Numbered from the stretch's first letter, positions 9,872 to 18,462 are shown. The stretch is 37,350 bases of DNA from Chloroherpeton thalassium (GCA_020720105.1 DYPF01000004.1:7707-45056), one strand, 5' to 3'. Notes: a model not told the origin generated them from the sequence alone. Numbers and translations are program-made.

Positions 9872-10429
9872 TTAATAATTTACTTTTTTAGTATCGTTCA
9901 CTAATTCGTCTTTTAGTGATTTCAATCTTTGCGAAATTGTAGCATCATAAATATAATCTTCAAATTTTGCTTGGAAACCACCAAGTATTTTCTTGTCTAT
10001 TTTATATTTTGATTGAATTGTTTTGCCTGTGAATAAATGTAATTGTCTTTCTATTTCGTTCTTAGACTTATCATTCATTGGGTTGGCAGTAGATATTTCT
10101 ACCTGCACTCTATTCAATTCCACATCATATAATTCAAAGAATTTTTCGCAGATACTTACGATATTCTTTTCTCTTGTTTTTTTGATTAATAAATCGAGGA
10201 ATCTAAAAGTTAAGTTATTAACTCTTTGCTGAAATATCTCTACCATTGCCTTATTCTTCTTGTAGGGTCTGATGATTGGATTGCGAAAATATGATGCTAA
10301 TTCTTTAGATTCCAAAATTAAATCATAAATAAACTTCATATCTTCGTAAACAATATCACGAAGATTTTGTTCTTTGGCAAGTTCAATCAAAGCCTTTGCA
10401 TATCTTGATGCTATTTTACTATCTGTCAT
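9872..10429 (-). CDS. atpH: F0F1 ATP synthase delta subunit
   Basis: IASRYAKAL and ILGGF…YDATI; located between atpF and atpA. Confidence 0.96.
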   Translation of the reverse strand: MTDSKIASRYAKALIELAKEQNLRDIVYEDMKFIYDLILESKELASYFRNPIIRPYKKNKAMVEIFQQRVNNLTFRFLDLLIKKTREKNIVSICEKFFELYDVELNRVQVEISTANPMNDKSKNEIERQLHLFTGKTIQSKYKIDKKILGGFQAKFEDYIYDATISQRLKSLKDELVNDTKKVNY

Positions 10430-10440
10430 ATTTATCAGTC

Positions 10441-10935
10441 TTAATTATTTGATATTTGTTCAATAGACTTAACAATCAATTCATTATCAACTTCGGGATT
10501 GATTTTAGTTTGTAAAACTTTTTCTGTAGCAATTATTACCATATCGGCAATTTCATTTTTCAAGGAAGTAAATGCAGCATCTTGTGCTGATTTGATTTCC
10601 TTTAATGCTGCTTCCATCTTTTCTTGGCGAATCTTTTCTGCTTCGACTTTTGCTTGCGAAATAATTTCGTTAGCTTGATCTCTACCTTTTGCAATCATAC
10701 TATTAACTTCTTTGGAAGTTTCAGTAAGTTTCGCTTGAACTTCAACAAGTATTGCTTGTGCTTTCTTGTTTGCTTCGTCCGCACTCGATAGCGAATTTGT
10801 GATTGAATCTTCTCTTGATTTTAATGATTTCATCATTGGTTTTAAACCAAACTTCAATAATAAAAACAAGAAAATCAAAAAATTGAATACTGTCCAGAAC
10901 AGCAAACCGGGATTTAATGAAACTAATCTATCCAT
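10441..10935 (-). CDS. atpF: F0F1 ATP synthase b subunit
   Basis: N-terminal TM (PGLLFWTVFNFLIFLFLL) followed by a long coiled coil; operon position. Confidence 0.96.
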   Translation of the reverse strand: MDRLVSLNPGLLFWTVFNFLIFLFLLLKFGLKPMMKSLKSREDSITNSLSSADEANKKAQAILVEVQAKLTETSKEVNSMIAKGRDQANEIISQAKVEAEKIRQEKMEAALKEIKSAQDAAFTSLKNEIADMVIIATEKVLQTKINPEVDNELIVKSIEQISNN

Positions 10936-10968
10936 ACTTTTACTTTATTTATTGCCATATTTCTTTAA

Positions 10969-10999
10969 AAATTACAACTTAATTATCGAGTTGTAATTT
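10969..10999 (-). terminator. Stem-loop between atpE and atpF (possible partial terminator or mRNA stabiliser)
   Basis: 11-bp inverted repeat aaattacaact/agttgtaattt with a 9-nt loop. Confidence 0.4.
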
Positions 11000-11058
11000 A
11001 TACAAAAATATTTTTATCTACCTACCCCATAATTAAGTAGATTTTAGTTATTCTCTTT

Positions 11059-11082
11059 AACCCTACGCTTAAGCGTAGGGTT
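11059..11082. repeat. 24-bp perfect palindrome (REP or IS200/IS605-end-like)
   Basis: aaccctacgcttaagcgtagggtt is its own reverse complement. Confidence 0.75.
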
Positions 11083-11097
11083 GAAGGTAACCATAAG

Positions 11098-11193
11098 CCC
11101 GCTCCAAAATAGTGAGGGGGTTAGGGAGAGGTTCTGATTAAATTCCACCTTTAATATGTCCTCTCCATTTATGGAGAGGGGCTTGGGGTGAGG
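11098..11193 (+). repeat. Two copies of a CCTCTCC…GGAGAGGGG…GGGGTGAGG-type dispersed palindromic repeat
   Basis: A degenerate copy at 11098-11131 and a clear copy at 11160-11193 (9-bp stem cctctccat/atggagagg plus gcttggggtgagg tail). Related copies lie at 13208-13239 and 17051-17065. Confidence 0.65.
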
Positions 11194-11200
11194 ACCTATC

Positions 11201-11428
11201 CTATAAAATTACAAATAACAAGCTGAAGATTTCTGCAATCAAGGCAACACCTTCGATTAATGCTGCAGAGATAATCATCATTGTTTGCAATTTACCAGTT
11301 GCTTCTGGCTGACGACCAGCTGCTTCTAATGCTGCTGCTGCTAATTTACCAATACCAAGACCAGCACCAATTACTGCTAATCCTACGCCAATACCAGCTG
11401 CTAAAAATGCGAATGCTTTTGGATCCAT
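11201..11428 (-). CDS. atpE: F0F1 ATP synthase c subunit
   Basis: GxGxGxG helix, RQPE loop, ion-binding Glu in ALIEGV. AAAGGAG SD upstream. Confidence 0.98.
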   Translation of the reverse strand: MDPKAFAFLAAGIGVGLAVIGAGLGIGKLAAAALEAAGRQPEATGKLQTMMIISAALIEGVALIAEIFSLLFVIL

Positions 11429-11458
11429 TATTATTTACTCCTTTAAAATTATTAAAAA

Positions 11459-12514
11459 TTAATGATGTTCTACTGAATGTTCTCCATGAGCAAGCGTCAA
11501 GCCCACAAATACTGCTGTCAGAATTGTGAATACATACGCTTGGATGAATGCTACTAATAACTCTAAACCATATATAAACAATGTGAATGCGGTTACAACT
11601 GGCACTACTGCCAATGTTTGTAGCAAAAATATCAAACCAATTAAACTTAATATAACTGCGTGCCCTGCTGTCATATTAGCAAAAAGACGGACAGTTAATG
11701 CAAATGGCTTGGTAAACATTGATAATATTTCTATTGGTATCATTATTATCCAGATAAATGGTGGTGCTCCACCAGTAAATTCTTTTATCCAACCCCAGAA
11801 ACCATTTTGCCAAATTGCTGTCCCATTTATCACAAAATATGCCGTGATTGCAAGTCCAGCCGTTACTGCTAAATTGCCGGTTGCTGTATGTCCTCCGGGC
11901 AATAATCCGATTAGATTCATTGCAAGAATAAAAAAGAATAATGCCAAGAAATAGGGTGATAATTGGTCTGATAATTTTACACTTGGGATATTTGGTCGGA
12001 TAATTTCGTCTCTAACATAAAGCACTAATACTTCAAGCATATTTTGCAAACCGCTTGGTGCTTTGTTTGGGTCTTTTTTGTATTTTCTACCAGACGAGAA
12101 AAACATAAAGAATAAAATCAACATCGAAAGCCACTGAAAGAATACTAAAGAAGTGATTGAGAAATCCATTTTTGTTGCTAAATGATTTTCGGCACGTACA
12201 ATTTGATGATGCACTTCGGTAAATGTACCTTCGGCTTCCATTGCTTTCATTGAAGAATACAAATGGAATCCATCGTCATAAAGAATTACAGGAAAATCAA
12301 TTTGGAAAACATTATAAAAATTATAACTATGATGGTCTAATAAATGCTCTTGGAGCATTGTTATCATAATGTTTCCTTCACCTTCGTGATGGGCTTCGGC
12401 AGAATGGGCTTCGGCATTGTGCGTATGTGAAGAATCAGCAGCAATATGCTCCTGATTTGGCGAGTGATTATTATGTTCTATCTGTGTGTTATCGCTGTTT
12501 GAAATATTTGTCAT
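11459..12514 (-). CDS. atpB: F0F1 ATP synthase a subunit
   Basis: NLIGLLP, KPFALTVRLFANMTAGH and ELLVAFIQAYVFTIL; His-rich N-terminal extension. Confidence 0.97.
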   Translation of the reverse strand: MTNISNSDNTQIEHNNHSPNQEHIAADSSHTHNAEAHSAEAHHEGEGNIMITMLQEHLLDHHSYNFYNVFQIDFPVILYDDGFHLYSSMKAMEAEGTFTEVHHQIVRAENHLATKMDFSITSLVFFQWLSMLILFFMFFSSGRKYKKDPNKAPSGLQNMLEVLVLYVRDEIIRPNIPSVKLSDQLSPYFLALFFFILAMNLIGLLPGGHTATGNLAVTAGLAITAYFVINGTAIWQNGFWGWIKEFTGGAPPFIWIIMIPIEILSMFTKPFALTVRLFANMTAGHAVILSLIGLIFLLQTLAVVPVVTAFTLFIYGLELLVAFIQAYVFTILTAVFVGLTLAHGEHSVEHH

Positions 12515-12579
12515 AGACTTTACTAAAATAATATTTACAAACTTAAAAAAAAATATGCAATTAGAGATAAAATTCTGTT

Positions 12580-12876
12580 TTATTCTTTAATTTCTTTGCT
12601 CAATTTAACAAGGTAAAAAACCTCTGCCATTATTTGTAGAACCATAAATAAAGTAAAAGAGATAGCAAATGTAATATTTGCAATATGTAACACTTGAGCT
12701 GCTATCAAAGTAAGTATCATTAACATTACAAATTTGATTGCAATAACCCATCCTAATTTTTTGCTGAAATTTTCCCAACTTGTTCCAACAATTTTTTTAT
12801 AAGATAGAATGGAGAATGTGCCAAGTATTATATTAATTATTGCTGCTGCCAGAATAGGATATGATGTTTCTGTCAT
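12580..12876 (-). CDS. AtpI-like membrane protein
   Basis: Small hydrophobic protein with about 3 TM segments directly upstream of atpB. Confidence 0.6.
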   Translation of the reverse strand: MTETSYPILAAAIINIILGTFSILSYKKIVGTSWENFSKKLGWVIAIKFVMLMILTLIAAQVLHIANITFAISFTLFMVLQIMAEVFYLVKLSKEIKE

Positions 12877-12889
12877 TTATTTAGTTTCC

Positions 12890-13126
12890 TTATTTATTCA
12901 ATTTACTAATTATTTTCCAAAAATTGTATGCTCCAACCACCAAGCCTGTGAACAAACCGATAATCATCCAAGTTGGCTTGGAATTATATTCTAAATCTAC
13001 CCAATAACCCAGCAAAGCAAACACGATAATTGGGATAGTTAGTTCGGTGCCAATAAGCATTAATTGTTTAGACGATTGTTCTTCCTTTTCGTTATCATTC
13101 AATTGTTTTTCTTCTTCTTTTTTCAT
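12890..13126 (-). CDS. AtpZ/AtpI-family two-TM protein
   Basis: G.EL..PI…LGYWVD….KPTW.IIGLF.G pattern; first gene of the atp cluster. Confidence 0.8.
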   Translation of the reverse strand: MKKEEEKQLNDNEKEEQSSKQLMLIGTELTIPIIVFALLGYWVDLEYNSKPTWMIIGLFTGLVVGAYNFWKIISKLNK

Positions 13127-13162
13127 ATTTTTTATATTTAGTTATTTTCATTTTTTTTGCAA

Positions 13163-13285
13163 TAGCCCGCGATTTCATTTGTTGGAAGTAGATGTATTTT
13201 ATAAGAACCTTTCCCTAAATCCCCCTCCGTGAGTGGGAATTTATCAAATTACATCAATCTATCCCACGAATAAATTCGTGGGATA
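13163..13285. repeat. Cluster of small palindromic REP-like elements upstream of the atp operon
   Basis: Perfect 12-bp stem tatcccacgaat/attcgtgggata (13260-13285), a degenerate relative tagcccgcgatttcatttgttgg (13163-13185), and a reverse copy of the GAGGGGG…TAGGGA.AGG element (13208-13239). Confidence 0.6.
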
Positions 13286-13300
13286 TAGTTCACGTTAAAT

Positions 13301-14635
13301 TTATTTCTGCTTAATTAATTCGTTTATCTTTTGCAATAAATCTATATCTTTGTATTCAATTTGCTCTATAATTACAAGATTTTTTCGGTTGCTGATAAAA
13401 ATGATGCTTGCAAGTTTGTCAATAAGTAGTTTATTGATTGAATCAATTAACTCATTATTGATATTTTTTCCTGTAATTGCAATTAAATTTATTTGCGCAA
13501 ATTCTTGGAAGTTAGTTGAATCGGAAATTACTTGTCGAGGATTAAATTTCGTATCAACCCAAACAGACATTCCTTCGGGAATTATATTGGTAAAATATAC
13601 TTTACTATAGGTGAAATACTGAAGGATTTCGGCACTTTTTGCAGCAAAATTATTTACAGAAGCCAACGGAAATTCTATTCTCTTTGTTTGTAGATAAACA
13701 ACAGAATGAAGCCGAGCAGAATCATCTTGAATAGTTGTTAATATTGTAGTTCCTTGATTATCGGGATTGAATGTATTCATTACTTTAATTGGTATTCCTT
13801 GCTCAATTGCTGGCAAGAGTGTGCTTGGATGAAGAACTTTAGCACCAAAAAAAGCTAATTGCCTAACTTCATTAAATTCCATTTGTGGAATAGTATGAGC
13901 ATCTTGAACAATTCGTGGATCTGCCGACAGAATACCATCTACATCAGTCCATATTTGAATTTCGTCAGCATTTATCATTTTTCCAATCAATGAGGCTGAA
14001 TAATCTGAACCACCACGACCAAGCGTAGTTGTTGTATTCTGCAAATCAGAGCCAATAAATCCCTGAGTAATTGCTAAACCAATTTCATCAAATATATTTT
14101 CATCTAATTGATTTTGCAATTCCGACTTACTCAAATCAAATTGAAGATTGGCTGAGGTAAAGTTAGAATCAGTCTTCATAAATTTTCGAGCATCTAACCA
14201 AATGCTATTAATTCCTTGACTTATGCAGTAAAAATGCAGAATTGTTGTGGAGAAAATTTCGCCATAACTTACAACTTTATCGATGGACTTTAAAGTCTTT
14301 TCGTTCAAAAAGTGAATACTTTCGATGTATTTTTTTAATTCATTAAATAATTCATTATATCTTGCCATCACTTGATTGTACATATCCGAAGAATTGAACA
14401 AATCCTCAATCACTTTTTTATGATGATTGTCAATAAAATCCAATTTTTCATACATAAGATTGGTTTGTTTATCTGCTGCAAAATTCAAGAGAGCGAGTAA
14501 AGCATCAGTGATGCCCGAACAAGCAGACGATACTACAATTTTAGGAATATCATTATTGATTATCGAAAATACGTTTTGCATTGCAGCGGCATCTTTAACA
14601 GATGTTCCTCCAAACTTAAGGACTAATGTGTTCAT
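13301..14635 (-). CDS. lysC: Aspartate kinase
   Basis: VLKFGGTSV, VVSSACSGITD, TTTLGRGGSDYSA, IWTDVDGILSADPR and FFGAKVLHP. Confidence 0.93.
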   Translation of the reverse strand: MNTLVLKFGGTSVKDAAAMQNVFSIINNDIPKIVVSSACSGITDALLALLNFAADKQTNLMYEKLDFIDNHHKKVIEDLFNSSDMYNQVMARYNELFNELKKYIESIHFLNEKTLKSIDKVVSYGEIFSTTILHFYCISQGINSIWLDARKFMKTDSNFTSANLQFDLSKSELQNQLDENIFDEIGLAITQGFIGSDLQNTTTTLGRGGSDYSASLIGKMINADEIQIWTDVDGILSADPRIVQDAHTIPQMEFNEVRQLAFFGAKVLHPSTLLPAIEQGIPIKVMNTFNPDNQGTTILTTIQDDSARLHSVVYLQTKRIEFPLASVNNFAAKSAEILQYFTYSKVYFTNIIPEGMSVWVDTKFNPRQVISDSTNFQEFAQINLIAITGKNINNELIDSINKLLIDKLASIIFISNRKNLVIIEQIEYKDIDLLQKINELIKQK

Positions 14636-14638
14636 AGT

Positions 14639-15241
14639 TTATAGATTAAAGTCAATGTATTTAGCAACATCTTCAAATTTCTTTAAATGTTTAAGTGCTT
14701 TGTCCTTTATTAATATTTGGGCAGACATCTTAGCTGTCTCAACATCAAGGTGATATTTATAGGCAAAATGCCAAATATCAATTGAATTAAAAGCTACTTC
14801 CAAAGCAAGCAAATGATGCAAATCCAATTTTAGATTATTATCAAAGCGAGTCTTTGCTGCTTCGAGCACTTCATTTGAATGGTCGTCACTCATCATTGCA
14901 GCATTAAAATAATAATTATCATTATCCATCAAATCGCAAATCGGAAAGCCATTGTAATTTGAATTATAAATTAATAGCGGCAAGAAAGATATCGAAACAA
15001 TATATGGTGGATAATCGGGGTCTTCCCACATATCATCCCATATTTTCCTGTCATTTGTTTTTAACCATTCAAAAAAATCTATTTCTTTTTTTGGAAGATA
15101 TAGCATTGCATTAGGATTAACTGATTCGATTAGTTTAATAGCCTCTGCGGATGTAAGATCGCTAAAAACTTCTTCTTCGAACTTAACCCATCTGCCAGCA
15201 TTTGTTATTTCATTTACATATTGTATTAATTCATTTACCAT
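14639..15241 (-). CDS. Hypothetical cytoplasmic protein coupled to lysC
   Basis: 200-aa ORF with normal composition, 3-bp gap to the lysC start; no family recognised. Confidence 0.75.
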   Translation of the reverse strand: MVNELIQYVNEITNAGRWVKFEEEVFSDLTSAEAIKLIESVNPNAMLYLPKKEIDFFEWLKTNDRKIWDDMWEDPDYPPYIVSISFLPLLIYNSNYNGFPICDLMDNDNYYFNAAMMSDDHSNEVLEAAKTRFDNNLKLDLHHLLALEVAFNSIDIWHFAYKYHLDVETAKMSAQILIKDKALKHLKKFEDVAKYIDFNL

Positions 15242-15295
15242 TTTCTTGTATTTATTTAGGTGGAAGAACTTCTATATTGCATCGTTAATTAATTT

Positions 15296-15514
15296 TCAGG
15301 CTGTTTGTAGTTGAATATTCTCAAGTAAAATATCAGGAACACCACCATTTGCTAAAACTAAGCTGGCATCTAATATCTCAATTCCAATTAGTTTTTCGCC
15401 TTTGCCAATATTCAAAGCTATATCGTCATTTAGTCGCAATGTTCTACACTGCTCCTCACCTTCAATCAACTTAATATAAACTGCATCAACTTCTTTATCA
15501 TAGCTTATTTTCAT
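15296..15514 (-). CDS. DUF2283-family protein (putative antitoxin)
   Basis: MKISYDKEVDAVYIKL…GEKLIGIEILDAS is the typical DUF2283 pattern. Confidence 0.85.
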   Translation of the reverse strand: MKISYDKEVDAVYIKLIEGEEQCRTLRLNDDIALNIGKGEKLIGIEILDASLVLANGGVPDILLENIQLQTA

Positions 15515-15524
15515 TACATATCTA

Positions 15525-15581
15525 CTAAAAGTAAAAACTATAAACAGTAATTACAACAATTTCATCATCTTCTTCAACAAG
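15525..15581 (-). pseudogene. C-terminal remnant of a DUF4258-like (RelE/BrnT-fold) toxin
   Basis: The minus strand reads LVEEDDEIVVITVYSFYF*, ending 10 bp before the DUF2283 ATG. An in-frame TAA lies directly upstream and there is no start codon. Confidence 0.7.
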
Positions 15582-15651
15582 TTATGTTTTATTTAGGTCA
15601 AATTTATCGCAAAATTATATTCCTACACAACCATCAAATAAACTTGCTTCA

Positions 15652-15669
15652 GAGGCTGCCTCATAAGTC
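15652..15669 (+). mobile_element. IS/MITE terminal inverted repeat (left-type end)
   Basis: gaggctgcctcataagtc matches the reverse complement of 17006-17023 at 17 of 18 positions. Confidence 0.6.
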
Positions 15670-15706
15670 CAAAATATTTCAATATTTCATTATAGTGTAT
15701 TAACGA

Positions 15707-16831
15707 TTACAACGCCTCAATTATTTTCTTTACATATCGGGAAATTGCTAAGGAACTTGTCAAGCCAGGTGATTCAATTCCAATTAAGTTGATAAAATTG
15801 GGTAAATTTTGGCTACTTTCTTCTTTGATAATAAAATCTCGGAATGGCTCGCCTTCTTTCTGCAATTTTGCCCTTATGCCGGTTTGGTCGGGAGTCAAAT
15901 CTTCAATTTGCAATTGTGGGATATACCTTTTTGCTGCTTCGTAAAACAAGTTAAGTCTATCGTAATTAAACGAATAATCCTCGATATTGTCAGGCAAATA
16001 TTCTACATCTGGACCAAGTTTTAGGTAGCCGTTCAAATCTTTTGTAATGTGAATACCAATTCCCGTCCAATTTCGGTCGGGTACGGGATAAATCAATTTC
16101 GTAACAAAATTGTGATATTTACTTGACAATCGGAAATAATGACCTCGAGCAAAATATAATGAATAATGATTTTGTGTGGTATTAATTTGTAGCATTTCCG
16201 AGATTTTATCAGCATAAAGTCCTGCAGCATTAATCACAATCTCAGATGTAATCTTAAAGGTTTCTTTATCAGAAAGCAGTGAAAGCTCATATCCATTAGG
16301 AATCTTTTCAATTGCGACAACCTCTGAATTATAGGAATAAGTTACAGAATTATTATAGCCAAAATTCTCGAGTGATTGCATAAATTGATGGGAATCAATA
16401 ATACCTGTATTAGTTGAATTTATTGCTTCGATTGCATAAATATTTGGTTCAAGTTTGCTAATTTGGCTTTGAGATATTAATTGCAAATTATCAAGTCCGT
16501 TTCGGCGACCTTGCTGGTGAATTTCGTGTAAATGTTCTAATTCATTAGTACTTGTGGCAATTATCAATTTGCCTGAGTTTTGGTAAGCAACATTGTACTT
16601 CTGGCACCACTCGTAAATTAGAGAATTTCCCTCAACGCATAATTTAGCCTTCAACGAATTATCGGGATAATATATGCCTGCGTGAATCACTTCGCTATTG
16701 CGTGAGCTTGCACCATTACCAAAATGAACGTGCTTCTCGATGCAAACAATATCTTGATAATATTTGGATAATTCTGCAGCAATGGCTAAGCCAACAGCAC
16801 CTGTACCTATTATTGCAATTTGATAATCCAT
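15707..16831 (-). CDS. FAD-dependent oxidoreductase, L-2-hydroxyglutarate oxidase (LhgO) family
   Basis: IIGTGAVGLA, SSRNSEVIHAGIYY…SLKAKLC, INAAGLYAD and GIESPGLTSSLAI. Confidence 0.88.
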   Translation of the reverse strand: MDYQIAIIGTGAVGLAIAAELSKYYQDIVCIEKHVHFGNGASSRNSEVIHAGIYYPDNSLKAKLCVEGNSLIYEWCQKYNVAYQNSGKLIIATSTNELEHLHEIHQQGRRNGLDNLQLISQSQISKLEPNIYAIEAINSTNTGIIDSHQFMQSLENFGYNNSVTYSYNSEVVAIEKIPNGYELSLLSDKETFKITSEIVINAAGLYADKISEMLQINTTQNHYSLYFARGHYFRLSSKYHNFVTKLIYPVPDRNWTGIGIHITKDLNGYLKLGPDVEYLPDNIEDYSFNYDRLNLFYEAAKRYIPQLQIEDLTPDQTGIRAKLQKEGEPFRDFIIKEESSQNLPNFINLIGIESPGLTSSLAISRYVKKIIEAL

Positions 16832-16893
16832 AGATTAGACTTTTTTGGAATAAAAAATACAAAATTAAAGAAAAAATATCTATTGTTTAGATA

Positions 16894-17023
16894 AGGCTGT
16901 ATCATAAATAGTCAAATTGAGTTCTATGGTCAGACGAGGACGACCGACCTACCTAAAAACTAATGGTTTAGTAGAACAAACGTCCTCGTCTGTCAAATGA
17001 AATCTGACTTATGAGACAGCCTC
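16894..17023. mobile_element. About 130-bp MITE with IS1182-like ends enclosing an inverted pair of GTAG REPs
   Basis: Terminal IRs aggctgtatcataa / ttatgagacagcct (13/14). Internal 24-nt GTAG-initiated units lie at 16929-16952 (-) and 16971-16994 (+), are 18/24 identical, and share a perfect 12-bp IR. Confidence 0.65.
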
Positions 17024-17050
17024 CTACAAGATGGTAAATATTAATTATAA

Positions 17051-17086
17051 CCTCCCACTAACCCCACCTGTCCCGACCTGTCGGGA
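17051..17086. repeat. Degenerate C-rich repeat followed by a 16-bp palindrome
   Basis: cctcccactaacccc (related to 11114-11131 in reverse), then tcccgac-ct-gtcggga at 17071-17086. Confidence 0.5.
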
Positions 17087-17142
17087 TCACAAAGTTGGAA
17101 TTTGGGATGACAACCAGCAATTCTCAAATTTTCAAATTGAAA

Positions 17143-18462
17143 TTATCTTCCTATTGAATAATATTCGAAGTTTAATTTCTTCATTTCTTCTAAATCGTAT
17201 TGGTTACGACCATCAAAGATGATTGGATATTTCAACAAAGCTTTGATTTTAGTAAAGTCAGGACGCCGGAACACGCTCCATTCTGTAATTAGAAGTAAAC
17301 TATCAGCATTTTCCAAAATTTCGTACATATCATTTGAATAGTTGATTTTATCACCATAAACTCGCTTTGTATTTTCGATGGCTTCGGGATCGTATGCAAA
17401 AACCTGAGCATTTTGTTCTAATAGCAAATCAATGATTCTATATGAAGGTGATTCGCGAACATCATCTGTATTAGGTTTGAAAGCTAAGCCCCAAATAGCA
17501 AATTTTCTACCCGCTAAATCGGGTAATCTCTTAGCAATTTTTTGGAAAAAGAAATCAGATTGAGATTTGTTTACTCTTTCGGTAGCATTTACGATTTCTA
17601 AATCAATACCAACTTCATTTGATGAATGTATCAAAGCTTTCACATCTTTTGGGAAACAACTGCCACCATATCCAACACCAGGATAAATAAATCTTTTTCC
17701 AATTCGTGAGTCGGAACCAATACCCAATCTAATTAATTCTACGTTTGCACCAATAACCTCGCAATAACGAGACAGATCATTCATAAATGAGATTTTGGTT
17801 GCCAAAAAAGCATTTGCGGCATATTTTGTTAATTCGGCACTTTTAACATCCATAAAGATAATTGGATTTCCGCTACGCAAAAATGGTTCATAGAGTTCGG
17901 TCATTATTGCTTTTACTCGTTCTGATCTTGTTCCGATCACAACTCTCTCGGGTTTCATAGCGTCTTCTATAGCAAAACCTTCACGTAAAAATTCTGGGTT
18001 ACTTACGATTTCTATTTGATTATCAGCAAGAATATCATCGAAAATTTTCTTAACTTTTTCGCCTGTTCCAACAGGAACTGTACTTTTATCAACAATAATC
18101 TTATTATTTGGATAGTTTTTCTCTTTAATGATATTTGCAATATCTGCTGACACTTTTAATACGTGTTGCAAATCTGCTGAGCCATCTTCATTTGGCGGAG
18201 TAGGCAAACACAAGAAAATTATTTCTGTTTCGCGAACAGCATCTTCTAAGTTTGTAGTAAAAATCAACCTTTTTTCTTCGTAATTTTTCTTTAATAACCA
18301 ATCCAAACCGGGCTCGAAGATTGGAGAAATACCCTGTTTCATTTTCTCAACTTTTTCAGCATCAATATCTACACAATACACTTGATTGCCATGAGCGGCA
18401 AAAGTAGTTCCTGAAACAATTCCGACATATCCGGTTCCGATTACTGAAATCTTATTTGACAT
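17143..18462 (-). CDS. ugd: UDP-glucose 6-dehydrogenase
   Basis: GTGYVG, CLPTP, KSTVPVGT, SNPEFLREG, GYGGSCFPKD and GLAFKPNTDD. Confidence 0.95.
   Translation of the reverse strand: MSNKISVIGTGYVGIVSGTTFAAHGNQVYCVDIDAEKVEKMKQGISPIFEPGLDWLLKKNYEEKRLIFTTNLEDAVRETEIIFLCLPTPPNEDGSADLQHVLKVSADIANIIKEKNYPNNKIIVDKSTVPVGTGEKVKKIFDDILADNQIEIVSNPEFLREGFAIEDAMKPERVVIGTRSERVKAIMTELYEPFLRSGNPIIFMDVKSAELTKYAANAFLATKISFMNDLSRYCEVIGANVELIRLGIGSDSRIGKRFIYPGVGYGGSCFPKDVKALIHSSNEVGIDLEIVNATERVNKSQSDFFFQKIAKRLPDLAGRKFAIWGLAFKPNTDDVRESPSYRIIDLLLEQNAQVFAYDPEAIENTKRVYGDKINYSNDMYEILENADSLLLITEWSVFRRPDFTKIKALLKYPIIFDGRNQYDLEEMKKLNFEYYSIGR

Noticed and set aside
10936-11200. CRISPR array or tRNA in the repeat-rich spacers (also 16832-17142 and 29600-30177)
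   Set aside because: No regularly spaced identical repeats, no cas genes, and no cloverleaf or T-loop consensus found.
11201-11428. Possible Na+-translocating ATP synthase, or novelty of the second Glu (ALIAEIF)
   Set aside because: The Na+ signature (Gln in helix 1, E-S/T, Tyr) is absent and EGV suggests H+ coupling. A second Glu here is recalled from Chlorobi-type c subunits.
12380-12514. His-rich N-terminal extension of AtpB with a short direct repeat
   Set aside because: His-rich extensions are common in Bacteroidota/Chlorobi a subunits.
6437-13126. Missing atpD and atpC
   Set aside because: A separate atpDC locus is common in Chlorobi and many Bacteroidota; this is not evidence of loss.
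17031-17222. 63-aa ORF between lhgO and ugd
   Set aside because: Translates repeat sequence and overlaps the ugd 3' end in antisense.
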